Of a stretch of 64,000 bases of DNA, positions 1 to 8,958 are shown piece after piece. The first letter of the stretch is position 1; every line of letters begins with the position of its first letter. Made by a program: the position numbers and the translations under genes. The notes below the pieces were generated by a model. It had not been told where the DNA came from, searched no databases, and worked only from the letters and a program-made list of their open reading frames with translations. This stretch comes from Phycisphaeraceae bacterium (GTDB lineage: Bacteria > Planctomycetota > Phycisphaerae > Phycisphaerales > Zrk34): assembly GCA_040905565.1 (NCBI GenBank), contig JBBDRF010000078.1, positions 10,106 through 74,105 on the forward strand, given 5' to 3'.

Positions 1-1
1 C

Positions 2-259
2 GTCAACCAGGCCGACTACGTGCTCAGTCCCTTTCACGATGAGCAGCGTCCCGCCATCGCCTCGGCCGTCGACGAAGCCGCCGCCGCCTCCTTCTGCTGG
101 GCCACCGAAGGCCCCGGGCAGGCGATGAACCGCTTCAACACGCCGAATCCCAAACCAAAAAAATCAACGACCAACGCTTCGAAACCTAATCAAGAAAGTC
201 GTTCGGAATCGCCTGATGAGGGCGGTTCCCAAACCACCGAACGAACGGAGAACCCATGA
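2..259 (+). CDS. pth: Peptidyl-tRNA hydrolase, C-terminal part (5' truncated by window edge)
   Basis: Frame from position 2 reads VNQADYVLSPF...EGPGQAMNRFN, typical Pth C-terminal motifs; directly upstream of rpsF with a 4-bp overlap. Confidence 0.85.
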   Translation, partial: VNQADYVLSPFHDEQRPAIASAVDEAAAASFCWATEGPGQAMNRFNTPNPKPKKSTTNASKPNQESRSESPDEGGSQTTERTENP

Positions 260-849
260 GCGCATCCCGACCGGTCCTTTACGAAGGCATGTTCCTTTTC
301 GATTCCGCAGCTGTGCAGTCCAGCGTCGCCATCGCCACCGAAGCCCTCAACGAAGTCTTCAAGCGATCCGAAGCTGAGGTCGTCTCCCTGCACCGCTGGG
401 ATGAGCGTAAGCTCGCCTACCCCATCAAGGGCCAGAAGCGAGGCCTGTACATGCTCGCCTACTTCAACGTCCGAGGCTCGCAAATTCCCAACATTGAGCG
501 CGACGTCACCCTCTCCGAGCAGCTGCTTCGCTGCATGATTCTGCGAGCCGACCACGTGGGCCAGACCGAACTGGAACTCGCTGAAGAGATGGCCAAGGAA
601 ACGCAGGCCGCCGAGGCGCTCGAGCGCAGCGGCGAAGGTGCCGAAGGCGCTGCCCCGGCAGAGGGCGAAGCTCAAGCCGAAGGCGAAGCGGCCCCCGCAG
701 CCGAGGCCACCGAAACGGCGGAGACGACCGAAGGCAGCCGCACGGAATCCGAAGCCGCTGCGAGCGCCGAGCCTGAAGCTCCCCGTCCGACGCCCGCCGC
801 TGGCGACGAGGCGACCGAGGCTCCCGAATCCGGCACCCGCGACGCCTAA
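256..849 (+). CDS. rpsF: 30S ribosomal protein S6 with long acidic Ala/Glu-rich C-terminal extension
   Basis: YEGMFLFD, W-DERKLAYPIK, G-Y-L-YF motifs; context pth-rpsF-ssb-rplI. Confidence 0.95.
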   Translation: MSASRPVLYEGMFLFDSAAVQSSVAIATEALNEVFKRSEAEVVSLHRWDERKLAYPIKGQKRGLYMLAYFNVRGSQIPNIERDVTLSEQLLRCMILRADHVGQTELELAEEMAKETQAAEALERSGEGAEGAAPAEGEAQAEGEAAPAAEATETAETTEGSRTESEAAASAEPEAPRPTPAAGDEATEAPESGTRDA

Positions 850-888
850 ACCGCCCCGGGCGCCCGCCAAACCCAAGGAGGCCACACG

Positions 889-1426
889 ATGGCAGCCAAC
901 TACAACAAGATCGTCTTGATGGGCAACCTCACGCGTGACCCGCAGTTGTCCTACCTGCCGAGCAACACGCCGGTCGTGGAGATCGGCATGGCCGTCAACC
1001 GTCGCTTCAAACGACAGGACGGCGAGCCCGGCGAAGAGACGCTGTTTGTCGATTGCCGGGCGTTCGGCCGCACCGCCGAGGTCATCAACCAGTACCTCTC
1101 CAAGGGCAGCCCGCTGTTCGTCGAAGGGCGTCTGCAACTGGACCGCTGGCAGGATAAAGAAGGCAACCAACGCTCTAAGCACCGCGTGTTCATCGAGAAC
1201 TTCCAGTTCATGGACTCGCCCCAGGATCGCCAGAACGCAGGCGGCGGCGGGGGCCAGCCCGGCGGCCGCAGCGCGCCTCAGGGCGGCGGCGGATACGGTG
1301 GTGGCGGCGGAGGCGGCTACGGCGGCGGCAGTGGGGGGGGGGGGGGCGGGGGGCCAGCGCGGCGGCAGCCCGCCCCCGCCTCAGGAACCCGGCCCCGACA
1401 TGAACGACGACGACATCCCCTTCTGA
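889..1426 (+). CDS. ssb: Single-stranded DNA-binding protein; apparent +1 frameshift in G-run at 1333-1353
   Basis: NKIVLMGNLTRDP, VEGRLQ..W motifs and Gly-rich linker; the canonical tail MNDDDIPF* lies in another frame ending at 1426, while the uncorrected ORF ends at 1446 with an unrelated tail. Confidence 0.93.
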
Positions 1427-1499
1427 TCAAATACACATCGGCCTAGCGGTGCCCAAATCGCCGACTTCGCCGCCAGAAAACGCATACGAGGATCCACTC

Positions 1500-2033
1500 A
1501 TGCTCAGCAAGAAAACCTTGAAACTCCTGTTGACCGAAAACGTCGACAACCTCGGCATCGTCGGCGATATCGTCGAGGTCAAGCCCGGCTACGCTCGCAA
1601 CTTCCTGCTGCCCCACGGCCTCGCCGCCGAGCCCACCCAGGGCAACATCGACGCCGTCCAGGAACGTCGCGCTCAGGTCGAACGCGAACTCCGTGAGCTC
1701 CGCGCTCAGCAGGAAAAGCTCATCTCCCGCCTCGAAGAATTCGAGCTCACCATGGAACGCTCCGCCAACGAGCAGGGCGTGCTCTTCGGCTCCGTCTCCC
1801 AGCACGACATCGCCGTCGCGCTGCAGGAAGAGGGCTTCAACATCGCCGAGCGCGAAGTCCGCATCGGCTCGCAGATCAAACAGCTCGATTCGTACATGAT
1901 TCCCGTGCAGCTCTCGCCCGAGCTCAAGACCGAGATCAAGCTCTGGGTCGTCTCCGACAAGCCCGCTGAGCAGCTCGAAGCCGAAGCCGACGAAGGCGAA
2001 GAAGCCGAGCGCGAGCAGGCCCAGGCCGAGTAA
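1500..2033 (+). CDS. rplI: 50S ribosomal protein L9
   Basis: LG..GDIVEVKPGYARNFLLP and LFGSV motifs; start could be the GTG at 1449. Confidence 0.95.
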   Translation: MLSKKTLKLLLTENVDNLGIVGDIVEVKPGYARNFLLPHGLAAEPTQGNIDAVQERRAQVERELRELRAQQEKLISRLEEFELTMERSANEQGVLFGSVSQHDIAVALQEEGFNIAEREVRIGSQIKQLDSYMIPVQLSPELKTEIKLWVVSDKPAEQLEAEADEGEEAEREQAQAE

Positions 2034-2059
2034 GCCGCACGCACTTGCGTCCGAAATAG

Positions 2060-2097
2060 AAACCGCATCCTCGCCAACAACGGGGGTGCGGTTTTTT
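2060..2097 (+). terminator. Rho-independent terminator of the ribosomal operon
   Basis: aaaccgcatcctcg-N7-cgggggtgcggttt stem followed by T-run. Confidence 0.85.
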
Positions 2098-2110
2098 GTG
2101 TTCATGGGAC

Positions 2111-2145
2111 TGCCTTGACGAGCTGGAAGCGTAAGCAACCGTCCG
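2111..2145 (+). repeat. Dispersed 35-bp REP-like repeat, copy 1
   Basis: tgccttgacgagctggaagcgtaagcaaccgtccg; near-identical copies at 6496-6530 (+) and 17588-17622 (-). Confidence 0.8.
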
Positions 2146-2176
2146 TCTGGCGCTACGCACGGAGCCGTCGTCTTAA

Positions 2177-2206
2177 TTGACAACGGCTGTCGCGGTGTCA
2201 TACAAT
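2177..2206 (+). promoter_or_regulatory. Sigma70-type promoter of the toxin-antitoxin pair with overlapping inverted repeat
   Basis: TTGACA(2177-2182)-N18-TACAAT(2201-2206); TGACA...TGTCA inverted pair at 2178-2200, a candidate operator. Confidence 0.65.
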
Positions 2207-2223
2207 ACAACGCGAAACGCATC

Positions 2224-2457
2224 ATGCCGTATGAAACGATCATCTGGACCGACGCGAACGTTCCGCATCTGGCTGCGCACGGCGTGACGCAGGACGAGTT
2301 CGAACAGGCGCTGGTCAGTGCCGTCGCCATCGAACAGAGTCGAAGCAGCGACCGTATGGTCGCGTTCGGCTACACCACGACCGGTCGCCGATTGGCCTGC
2401 GTTTACGAGATTGTGGACGAGTTGACCATTCATCCCATCACCGCCTACGAGGTCTGA
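2224..2457 (+). CDS. Putative type II toxin, BrnT/DUF497-DUF4258-like (RelE fold)
   Basis: W...N..H...HGV...E.EQ, G.T..GR.L..VY, ITAY pattern; 77 aa; directly upstream of an HTH gene. Confidence 0.7.
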   Translation: MPYETIIWTDANVPHLAAHGVTQDEFEQALVSAVAIEQSRSSDRMVAFGYTTTGRRLACVYEIVDELTIHPITAYEV

Positions 2458-2458
2458 C

Positions 2459-2812
2459 ATGAAACCCATGAAGCGTGAATACCGCAAGCTCTCGCCTTCC
2501 CAGCGTCGCACCGCTCAGGATCAGATGGAACGCGTTGATCGCGAGGAGCGTGAAACGATCGTCGCGCGCGGCCGTGAGATATTCGCCCAGCATGAGCGCA
2601 TCGAACAGGTCGTGCGCCTGCTCAAGACCGAGCGTGAACGACAGGGTGTTTCGCTGACGGAACTTGCCCGCCGAGTGAACATGGACAAAGGGAATCTCGC
2701 CAGACTAGAAAATGCCGAGCACCCCAACCCGACGATCGCCACGCTTGAACGGCTTGCGATCGCGCTTGGCAAGCGTCTCATGATCACCCTTGACGACGTC
2801 TCCGCGGCCTGA
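2459..2812 (+). CDS. XRE-family HTH transcriptional regulator, putative antitoxin
   Basis: RERQGVSLTELARRVNMDKGNLARLEN..PNPTIATLERLA.ALG HTH_3 pattern. Confidence 0.85.
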   Translation: MKPMKREYRKLSPSQRRTAQDQMERVDREERETIVARGREIFAQHERIEQVVRLLKTERERQGVSLTELARRVNMDKGNLARLENAEHPNPTIATLERLAIALGKRLMITLDDVSAA

Positions 2813-2894
2813 ATCGCCTGCCGTCCCGCTTCACGTTAAGCTACCGTCATGCCTTCGCTTGATCGTCCCGCTGAGCATCCCTTGGAGATGGCCC

Positions 2895-3740
2895 ATGTTT
2901 GAACTCTGGGTCGTTGTCACCATCGCCGTCGTCGGCCTCTTCGCCGGCGGGCTCGGCGGGCTCCTCGGCATCGGCGGCAGCACCGTCATGATCCCCGCGC
3001 TGGTCGTCCTCTTCGGTCAGGGCGAAGCGCTCCCCGGGCTCGCCGGCGCGTTCCCCCACCTCAATCAGCATCTCTATCAAGCCGCAGCGATGATCGTGAA
3101 CGTCTTCGTCGCCGTCCCCGCAACGTTTCGCCATGTCCGCGCCAAGGCCGTCGTCTGGCCCGTCGTTTACCGCATGCTCCCCATCGCGCTCGTCGCCATG
3201 ATGCTCGGCGTCTGGATCAGCAACCTGCCCATCTTCCGAGGCAGCGACGGCCCCGTCCTCCTCGGCCGCGTCCTCGCTGCCTTCCTCGTTTACGTCATCA
3301 TCGTCAACTTCATCCGCCTTTTTCGCACGCCACGCCCCGTCGATGCACCTGTCGATCTCACCTACGCCACCTGGCCCAGAACCTCCACCGCAGGCGGCAT
3401 CATGGGACTCTTCGGCGGACTGCTCGGCATCGGCGGCGGGGCCATCGGCGTCCCGCTCCAGCAGATGCTCCTCAAACTCCGTCTGCGCAACTGCATCGCC
3501 AACTCCGCAGCACTCATGACGCTCACCGCAGGACTTGGAGCCTTCTACAAAAACGCCACGCTCGACCAGCACAGCCTGGCCCTCGGCGACAGTCTCCTGG
3601 TCGCAGCCCTGCTCGCGCCCACCGGCATGATCGGCGGCTACCTCGGCGCACGCTTTACCCACCGCATCCCCGTGCGCCTGCTCCGGGCCGTGCTCGTCGT
3701 CTTCCTCTCAATCGCAGCGTGGCGACTTGCTGGACTTTGA
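2895..3740 (+). CDS. Sulfite exporter TauE/SafE family membrane protein
   Basis: Two [12 protein letters not shown] repeats and multiple TM helices. Confidence 0.85.
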   Translation: MFELWVVVTIAVVGLFAGGLGGLLGIGGSTVMIPALVVLFGQGEALPGLAGAFPHLNQHLYQAAAMIVNVFVAVPATFRHVRAKAVVWPVVYRMLPIALVAMMLGVWISNLPIFRGSDGPVLLGRVLAAFLVYVIIVNFIRLFRTPRPVDAPVDLTYATWPRTSTAGGIMGLFGGLLGIGGGAIGVPLQQMLLKLRLRNCIANSAALMTLTAGLGAFYKNATLDQHSLALGDSLLVAALLAPTGMIGGYLGARFTHRIPVRLLRAVLVVFLSIAAWRLAGL

Positions 3741-3808
3741 TCCTACCTGGTGCGATACAATCCACCCCCACGCCTCCCATAACCCCGACGCTACCGGACC
3801 CCCACACC

Positions 3809-4174
3809 ATGAGCGTGACCGACAAACAGCGACGCGCCGCCGAGAAGCTCGGCATCCCCGTCACCCGCCGACATATTCTGCTTTGCTGTGATCAGACCAA
3901 GCCCAAGTGCTGCGATCGCGAACGCTCGCTTGAAGCTTGGAACTATCTCAAGAAACGCCTGAAACAGCTTAAGCTCACCAAGCAGGGCGGCATCTTCCGC
4001 ACCAAGGCCAACTGCCTGCAAATCTGTGAAGGAGGCCCCATCGCCGTCGTCTACCCCGAAGGCGCGTGGTACGGCCACTGCGATCCGCCGGTGCTCGAAC
4101 GCATCATTCAGGAACACCTGATCGGCGGCCGAATCGTCCAAGACTATTTAATCGTTGAACATCCCCTGACCTGA
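3809..4174 (+). CDS. Thioredoxin-like [2Fe-2S] ferredoxin
   Basis: HILLC..C...[20 protein letters not shown]...IIQEHL.GG motif. Confidence 0.9.
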   Translation: MSVTDKQRRAAEKLGIPVTRRHILLCCDQTKPKCCDRERSLEAWNYLKKRLKQLKLTKQGGIFRTKANCLQICEGGPIAVVYPEGAWYGHCDPPVLERIIQEHLIGGRIVQDYLIVEHPLT

Positions 4175-4250
4175 TGGCGCAGCACAAGCTAGCGGGCGAT
4201 CAAAGATCGCCGCTGCCCCCACCCCAACGCGCTCCCCAAGGTGGGGGGGG

Positions 4251-5753
4251 TTAGGCGTGCTGCTGTTGTCTCTGCTTCGCCCGCTTGGTTGCGAGATCGT
4301 TAAGGTACTTTTTCGCTTCGCCGACGAGGTAGAAACTGCCCGTCACGCAGATGAGGTCCTCACGGCTGACCGCCCGGGCCGCCAGATTCAACGCATCTTC
4401 AAGGTTGTTCGCCGTCTGCGCCATCTTGCCGGAGATCTCGTTGAACTGCGTGAGCAGGTCCTCCGGATCCATCGCGCGTGGGTTGCTCTTGGCGCGGGTA
4501 AAGATCACCTTATCCGCCCCCAGGTTGATCTGCTTCAGCATGCCCGCCACGTCTTTGTCTTCCGAGCAGCCGATGACCATCACCAGCGAATCGTAAGGAA
4601 TGTGCGCCCCGATCGCCCGGATCAACGCCTGAATCGACGAGGAGTTGTGAGCGCCATCGAGCAGGATCCGTGGCTCTGGCCAAGCCATGTCCATCCGCCC
4701 CGGCAGCACCGTCGCCGCAAGCCCTTCAATAATCTTCTCCTCCGGCGTCCGGAATCCCTTCTCACGCAGCTTATCCAGGATCGCCAGCGCCAAGCCGCAG
4801 TTGAGCGCCTGATGCTCACCCTTCAGCGGCACCGGCAGATGGTCGTACGCACTGCTCTCGGTCGTCAGGCAGACACGCGTGTGCGGCCCCAACTCGCGGT
4901 TGGCCTCGAAACGGTAGCTGAACTCGATTTCCTTACCCGTCAGTTGCAGCGGTGCGTCGACTTCCTCAGCAACCTTCCGAAGTACTTTCTCAACGGACGG
5001 TTCCTGCTCAACGCTGACCGCCGGCACGCCCGGCTTGAAGATCCCCGCCTTCTCAGCCGCGATCTTCTCCACCGTCGAACCCAGCACGTTCGTATGATCA
5101 AGCGAAATTTGCGTAATGCCACAAACCTCAGGCGTCACCACGTTCGTCGAATCCAGCCGACCGCCCAGCCCCGTCTCCAGAATCACCAGATCTACCGCCT
5201 GGTCGGCAAAGTACCGCATCGCCGACGCCGTCATGATCTCAAAAAACGTCGGACGGTCAGGCCCGATCTGCTTCGCCTTGGAATCAATCTGCTTGAACAG
5301 GTCGATCAGATCCGAATGTGCGATCATCTGGTTGTTGATCTGAATCCGCTCACGCAGATCCACCAGATGAGGCGAGGTGTAGCTGCCGATCGTGTAACCG
5401 CAGGACTGGAGCATGTGGCTGAGCATCGCCACGACCGAGCCCTTGCCTTTGGTCCCCGCGATGTGCACGAACCGCGACTGCTCATGCGGATTACCCAGCA
5501 CCTTCAACAGCTTCCGCATCCGGTCAAGGTTGAACGTTTCGTTGTCATAGCGGATAATGCGCATCCGCTCGTGGTCCGCATGTTCGTGCAACCAGCGCAT
5601 GGCCGACGAATAGTTGGTAATGTCCACTTGGGCCGTACCGGCACTGCCGGAGGCCGGGCGGGCAGTCCGCTTCTTCGTAGAGCGGGGACCTGCTGTTTTG
5701 CGCACACCATCAGAGGTGGCGACACCGGTTTTGCTTTTTGTGCGAGGGGGCAT
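4251..5753 (-). CDS. folC: Folylpolyglutamate synthase/dihydrofolate synthase
   Basis: HIAGTKGKGS, YTSPHL..RERI, ETGLGGRLDSTN, LDGAHN, GSFYLVG. Confidence 0.95.
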   Translation of the reverse strand: MPPRTKSKTGVATSDGVRKTAGPRSTKKRTARPASGSAGTAQVDITNYSSAMRWLHEHADHERMRIIRYDNETFNLDRMRKLLKVLGNPHEQSRFVHIAGTKGKGSVVAMLSHMLQSCGYTIGSYTSPHLVDLRERIQINNQMIAHSDLIDLFKQIDSKAKQIGPDRPTFFEIMTASAMRYFADQAVDLVILETGLGGRLDSTNVVTPEVCGITQISLDHTNVLGSTVEKIAAEKAGIFKPGVPAVSVEQEPSVEKVLRKVAEEVDAPLQLTGKEIEFSYRFEANRELGPHTRVCLTTESSAYDHLPVPLKGEHQALNCGLALAILDKLREKGFRTPEEKIIEGLAATVLPGRMDMAWPEPRILLDGAHNSSSIQALIRAIGAHIPYDSLVMVIGCSEDKDVAGMLKQINLGADKVIFTRAKSNPRAMDPEDLLTQFNEISGKMAQTANNLEDALNLAARAVSREDLICVTGSFYLVGEAKKYLNDLATKRAKQRQQQHA

Positions 5754-5857
5754 AGTCTTGCAATTGTAACAAATTGCACAAACTGGTCAACGGAAATCTG
5801 GTAAACTGCTGCAGAAAGGCGATTTGGGGAAACCTCGCCGCACTCCGCCAACGCTTC

Positions 5858-5886
5858 TTGGCCCTGCTGAAAGCGGAGGCTATACT
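5858..5886 (+). promoter_or_regulatory. Sigma70-type promoter of leuD
   Basis: TTGGCC-N17-TATACT. Confidence 0.55.
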
Positions 5887-5929
5887 CATTCGCTCGGTTT
5901 TCCCAAGGTCAGCAAAGGACCCCCCAACC

Positions 5930-6493
5930 ATGGCCGACTCCACCACAATCCGCGGCAAAGCCTACGTCCTCGGCGACGATATCGATACCGATCAGATCAT
6001 CCCCGCTGAGCACCTCTACTACTCCATGACCGACCCCGAAGAACGCAAGCTCTACGGCAAGTACGCCAACGTCGGCGTCCCCGAGGGCCAGCGCGGCCTC
6101 CCCGACGGCAACATCCCCTTCGTTGCCGAGGGCGAAACCACCACCGAATATCCCATCCTCATCGGCGGCCGAAACTTCGGCTGCGGGTCCAGCCGCGAGC
6201 ACGCACCCTTCGCACTCGCCGAAGCAGGCGCCAAAGCCGTCGTCGCTGAGTTCTACGCCCGCATCTTCTTCCGCAACTGTGTCAACGGCGGCTTCCTCGT
6301 CCCCTGCGAAGCGACGCAGCGCCTCATCGACAAAATCCGCACCGGCGACGACCTCGAGATCGACGTCGAAGCTGGCACCCTCACCAACCACACCACCGGC
6401 GACAACTTCACCCTCAAACCACTCGGTGAAGTCAAACCCATCATCGACGCCGGCGGCGTCTTCGCCTACGCACGCCAAACCGGAATGCTTTAA
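5930..6493 (+). CDS. leuD: 3-isopropylmalate dehydratase small subunit (aconitase swivel domain)
   Basis: DIDTDQIIP, NFGCGSSREHAP, ARIFFRN motifs. Confidence 0.9.
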   Translation: MADSTTIRGKAYVLGDDIDTDQIIPAEHLYYSMTDPEERKLYGKYANVGVPEGQRGLPDGNIPFVAEGETTTEYPILIGGRNFGCGSSREHAPFALAEAGAKAVVAEFYARIFFRNCVNGGFLVPCEATQRLIDKIRTGDDLEIDVEAGTLTNHTTGDNFTLKPLGEVKPIIDAGGVFAYARQTGML

Positions 6494-6495
6494 AC

Positions 6496-6530
6496 TGCCT
6501 TAGCGAGCGGGAAGCGTAAGCGACCGTCCG
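6496..6530 (+). repeat. Dispersed 35-bp REP-like repeat, copy 2
   Basis: tgccttagcgagcgggaagcgtaagcgaccgtccg immediately after the leuD stop. Confidence 0.8.
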
Positions 6531-6653
6531 TCAAGCCCCCAACGCACCCGGTATTGCCTGCGACCAAACGCACCGTCCACAACGAGCCGCGACCGTGAGG
6601 GAGCCGTTGTGCGATAAAACGTTGCGCGCCTTTAGACATGCGTCACGATCCCG

Positions 6654-7610
6654 CTACACTTGCCAGTCATAGACGACGTAGCGGTTTTCGAAGGTGCCGT
6701 CGTCGTAGAGGTCAATCAGTCCGTAGCCGTTGTTGCATTCGTGGTTCGCGCCCTGCCACCATCCGCCGCTGACCGCTCCGTTGCAGCAGTAGGTCACGTC
6801 GTTGTAGCGCACCTGATCAATCAGATGCAGATGCCCAGCCAGACACCCCTTCACGTTGGGATGCTTCGCGAAAAGATCCTTGATCCGCCTGGCATCAATG
6901 TGCATCCACGCGCCCGGCACCCGCCAGTTCCCCGAAGCCTCGTTGTCGCCGTCGAAGAACGCCGCGGCTGCCAGGATCGGGATGTGCGAGAGCATCAGAA
7001 TCGGCATCGCCGCTGGCGTCCGCTGCAACTGCGCCGCGAGCCATTCGAACTGAGGCTCATCAAGCTTGCCCACGTATTCCGACTCACCCCTCGGATGCGT
7101 TGAGTCCAACACGACAAACCGCCACCCCGCCTGATCGAAGCTGTAGTACCGATCAGCCGACCCGAACTCACTCACCGCGCGGGCTTTGCCCCAGCCCGGT
7201 TCGTCGCCGGTGGTTTTGCTTGATGGCTTATCCCAGCCCCACAAATCATGATTCCCGATGCAACTGCGCACGGGCAGACTGCAAGCATTCTTCAGCACGC
7301 GATGCCAGATCTTCCACTGCGCGTCCGCCCGGGCTTTGTCCGTTGCGAACGAGTCCATGATCGCGTCGCCGCCGTTGAGGATAAGCTCCGGCGGATCGTC
7401 CAGACTCTGCACATGATGCAGCGCCTTCGTCAGCCCCGCCTCCGAGTTCCGCTCGGGCATCACGTGCGTGTCCGTCAGATGGGCGACCCGAAGCACCCGC
7501 TTGCGGCCGCCGCCGGAGTCCGCCGCCTGCACCTGATTGCCGGGCACGATCACCGCACCACCGGCCAACCCGGCCGCCAAACCCTTCAGCATCCCACGTC
7601 GATTAAGCAT
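6654..7610 (-). CDS. Tat-exported calcineurin-like metallophosphoesterase (Icc/CpdA-like)
   Basis: NRRGML Tat motif; DTH, GGD, GNHD, SHIP, GHLH metal motifs. Confidence 0.9.
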   Translation of the reverse strand: MLNRRGMLKGLAAGLAGGAVIVPGNQVQAADSGGGRKRVLRVAHLTDTHVMPERNSEAGLTKALHHVQSLDDPPELILNGGDAIMDSFATDKARADAQWKIWHRVLKNACSLPVRSCIGNHDLWGWDKPSSKTTGDEPGWGKARAVSEFGSADRYYSFDQAGWRFVVLDSTHPRGESEYVGKLDEPQFEWLAAQLQRTPAAMPILMLSHIPILAAAAFFDGDNEASGNWRVPGAWMHIDARRIKDLFAKHPNVKGCLAGHLHLIDQVRYNDVTYCCNGAVSGGWWQGANHECNNGYGLIDLYDDGTFENRYVVYDWQV

Positions 7611-7741
7611 CCACGGACTCCTTCTAAGATCACAGCCTACGAACTTTTACTCGACGCTTGGCACAGCAGCAATAGGTCTTTCGGCTTAGCACAGCTCCGC
7701 GCTCCGCGCACCGAGCGGCGGCAGCCGTTGGAGGGGCTTTC

Positions 7742-7784
7742 AAAAAAAACCGCCGCCTCTCACGCTGGGATGACGAGGCGGCGG
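7742..7784 (-). terminator. Rho-independent terminator after the prepilin-like gene
   Basis: ccgccgcctc/gaggcggcgg stem with 8 T on the minus strand. Confidence 0.85.
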
Positions 7785-7805
7785 CTGGACACAAGTCAAG
7801 CTGAA

Positions 7806-8564
7806 TCAGTCGATAAGCCCCGGGACGGGGATCTTGAAGTAGTACTCGCGATCGTGGTTGCCCGCGTCCCAGATGCCTCCTACCTCGGCCTCGGCCGAGT
7901 CATACCATTGCACGCGAGAATCTTCGAAGAGGAAGTTGCCGCCCATGATCGCCTCGGGGTCGGACGAACTGATATGAGCCGCCAGCGCAACACTGCGATC
8001 GGCTACCCACCACGGCCGCCCGCCGTCCGTCATGAACGAATCCAACATGAGCGGCGCCTTTGAATAGGCGCTATCCAGCCGAGTTCGGCTGACCCATCCT
8101 TCCGTACCGTGGTATTGCGTTTCGGTGTTGGTTTCCCGATGCGCCAGGTAGAGGTAGCCCAGATGAATCCAAGTGTAATCGCGCAAAGCGTCGTCGCTGC
8201 GGGAGGGGCACCAGCCGACCTGATGGTCACGATTCTCCGCAGCCTCTTCATCGTGGGGGATGAGATAATCATCGAAAAAATCATGCCAGGGATGCGGACC
8301 CCAAGCCCGGGGGTAGTACAGTGACGGTCGCGCGTTTAAGCCGGTATTCGGTAGGTGTCCGTTATTATCGAGTGCAAAAGTATGAAAGGCGGCACCCCAT
8401 TGCCGAAGGTTGGCGGCACAACTTACCTTCATCGCTTCCTGCCGAGCCCGACTGAGCGCAGGCAGCAAGATCGCCATGAGAAGGGCGATAATACCGACGA
8501 CAACCAGAAGTTCGATCAGTGTGAATCCGACTGAAACCGCGCGTCGCGAAATTGCACTTCTCAT
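7806..8564 (-). CDS. Planctomycete prepilin-type N-terminal cleavage/methylation protein (DUF1559-like)
   Basis: GFTLIELLVVVGIIALLMAILLPALSRAR...C..NLRQ; C-terminal H...GGNFLFEDS (variant of the H-X-DG motif). Confidence 0.9.
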   Translation of the reverse strand: MRSAISRRAVSVGFTLIELLVVVGIIALLMAILLPALSRARQEAMKVSCAANLRQWGAAFHTFALDNNGHLPNTGLNARPSLYYPRAWGPHPWHDFFDDYLIPHDEEAAENRDHQVGWCPSRSDDALRDYTWIHLGYLYLAHRETNTETQYHGTEGWVSRTRLDSAYSKAPLMLDSFMTDGGRPWWVADRSVALAAHISSSDPEAIMGGNFLFEDSRVQWYDSAEAEVGGIWDAGNHDREYYFKIPVPGLID

Positions 8565-8958
8565 GTTTACCCCTAACTGAAGTGTGAATCCCGTCTGTAA
8601 CGCGGCTCCACGCCGCTTTAACCGAGATTCGCGTGTTTCGAGTGTTGATGCTAGTTCAGCCTCCTTCTGAAGAACGGAAAACGCAGAGTTCGAGGTTATC
8701 TATGCAGACCGTGACCGAGCATCGCCCACCAGAGGAATGGCCGATTTTCATGCGTACGTCATATGTTTCGAACCCGAACCTGTTCCGACCCTATTTGCCG
8801 CTACCGCTGACGAAAAGAGAAACAATCAGCGAGCGGTCACGTGAAATCCATCTTTCTTTATATAACCACCGCATAGTGACAATCAACTAAAAAAACTAGG
8901 ATAAGTGGCAAGTTCTCTTGCACACTTGCGACGTGGATCGTTCTAGTTGAGGTGTTGT

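Noticed and set aside
8633..8890. 85-aa ORF upstream of the prepilin-like gene
   Set aside because: No motif or RBS and atypical codon usage; more likely regulatory DNA.
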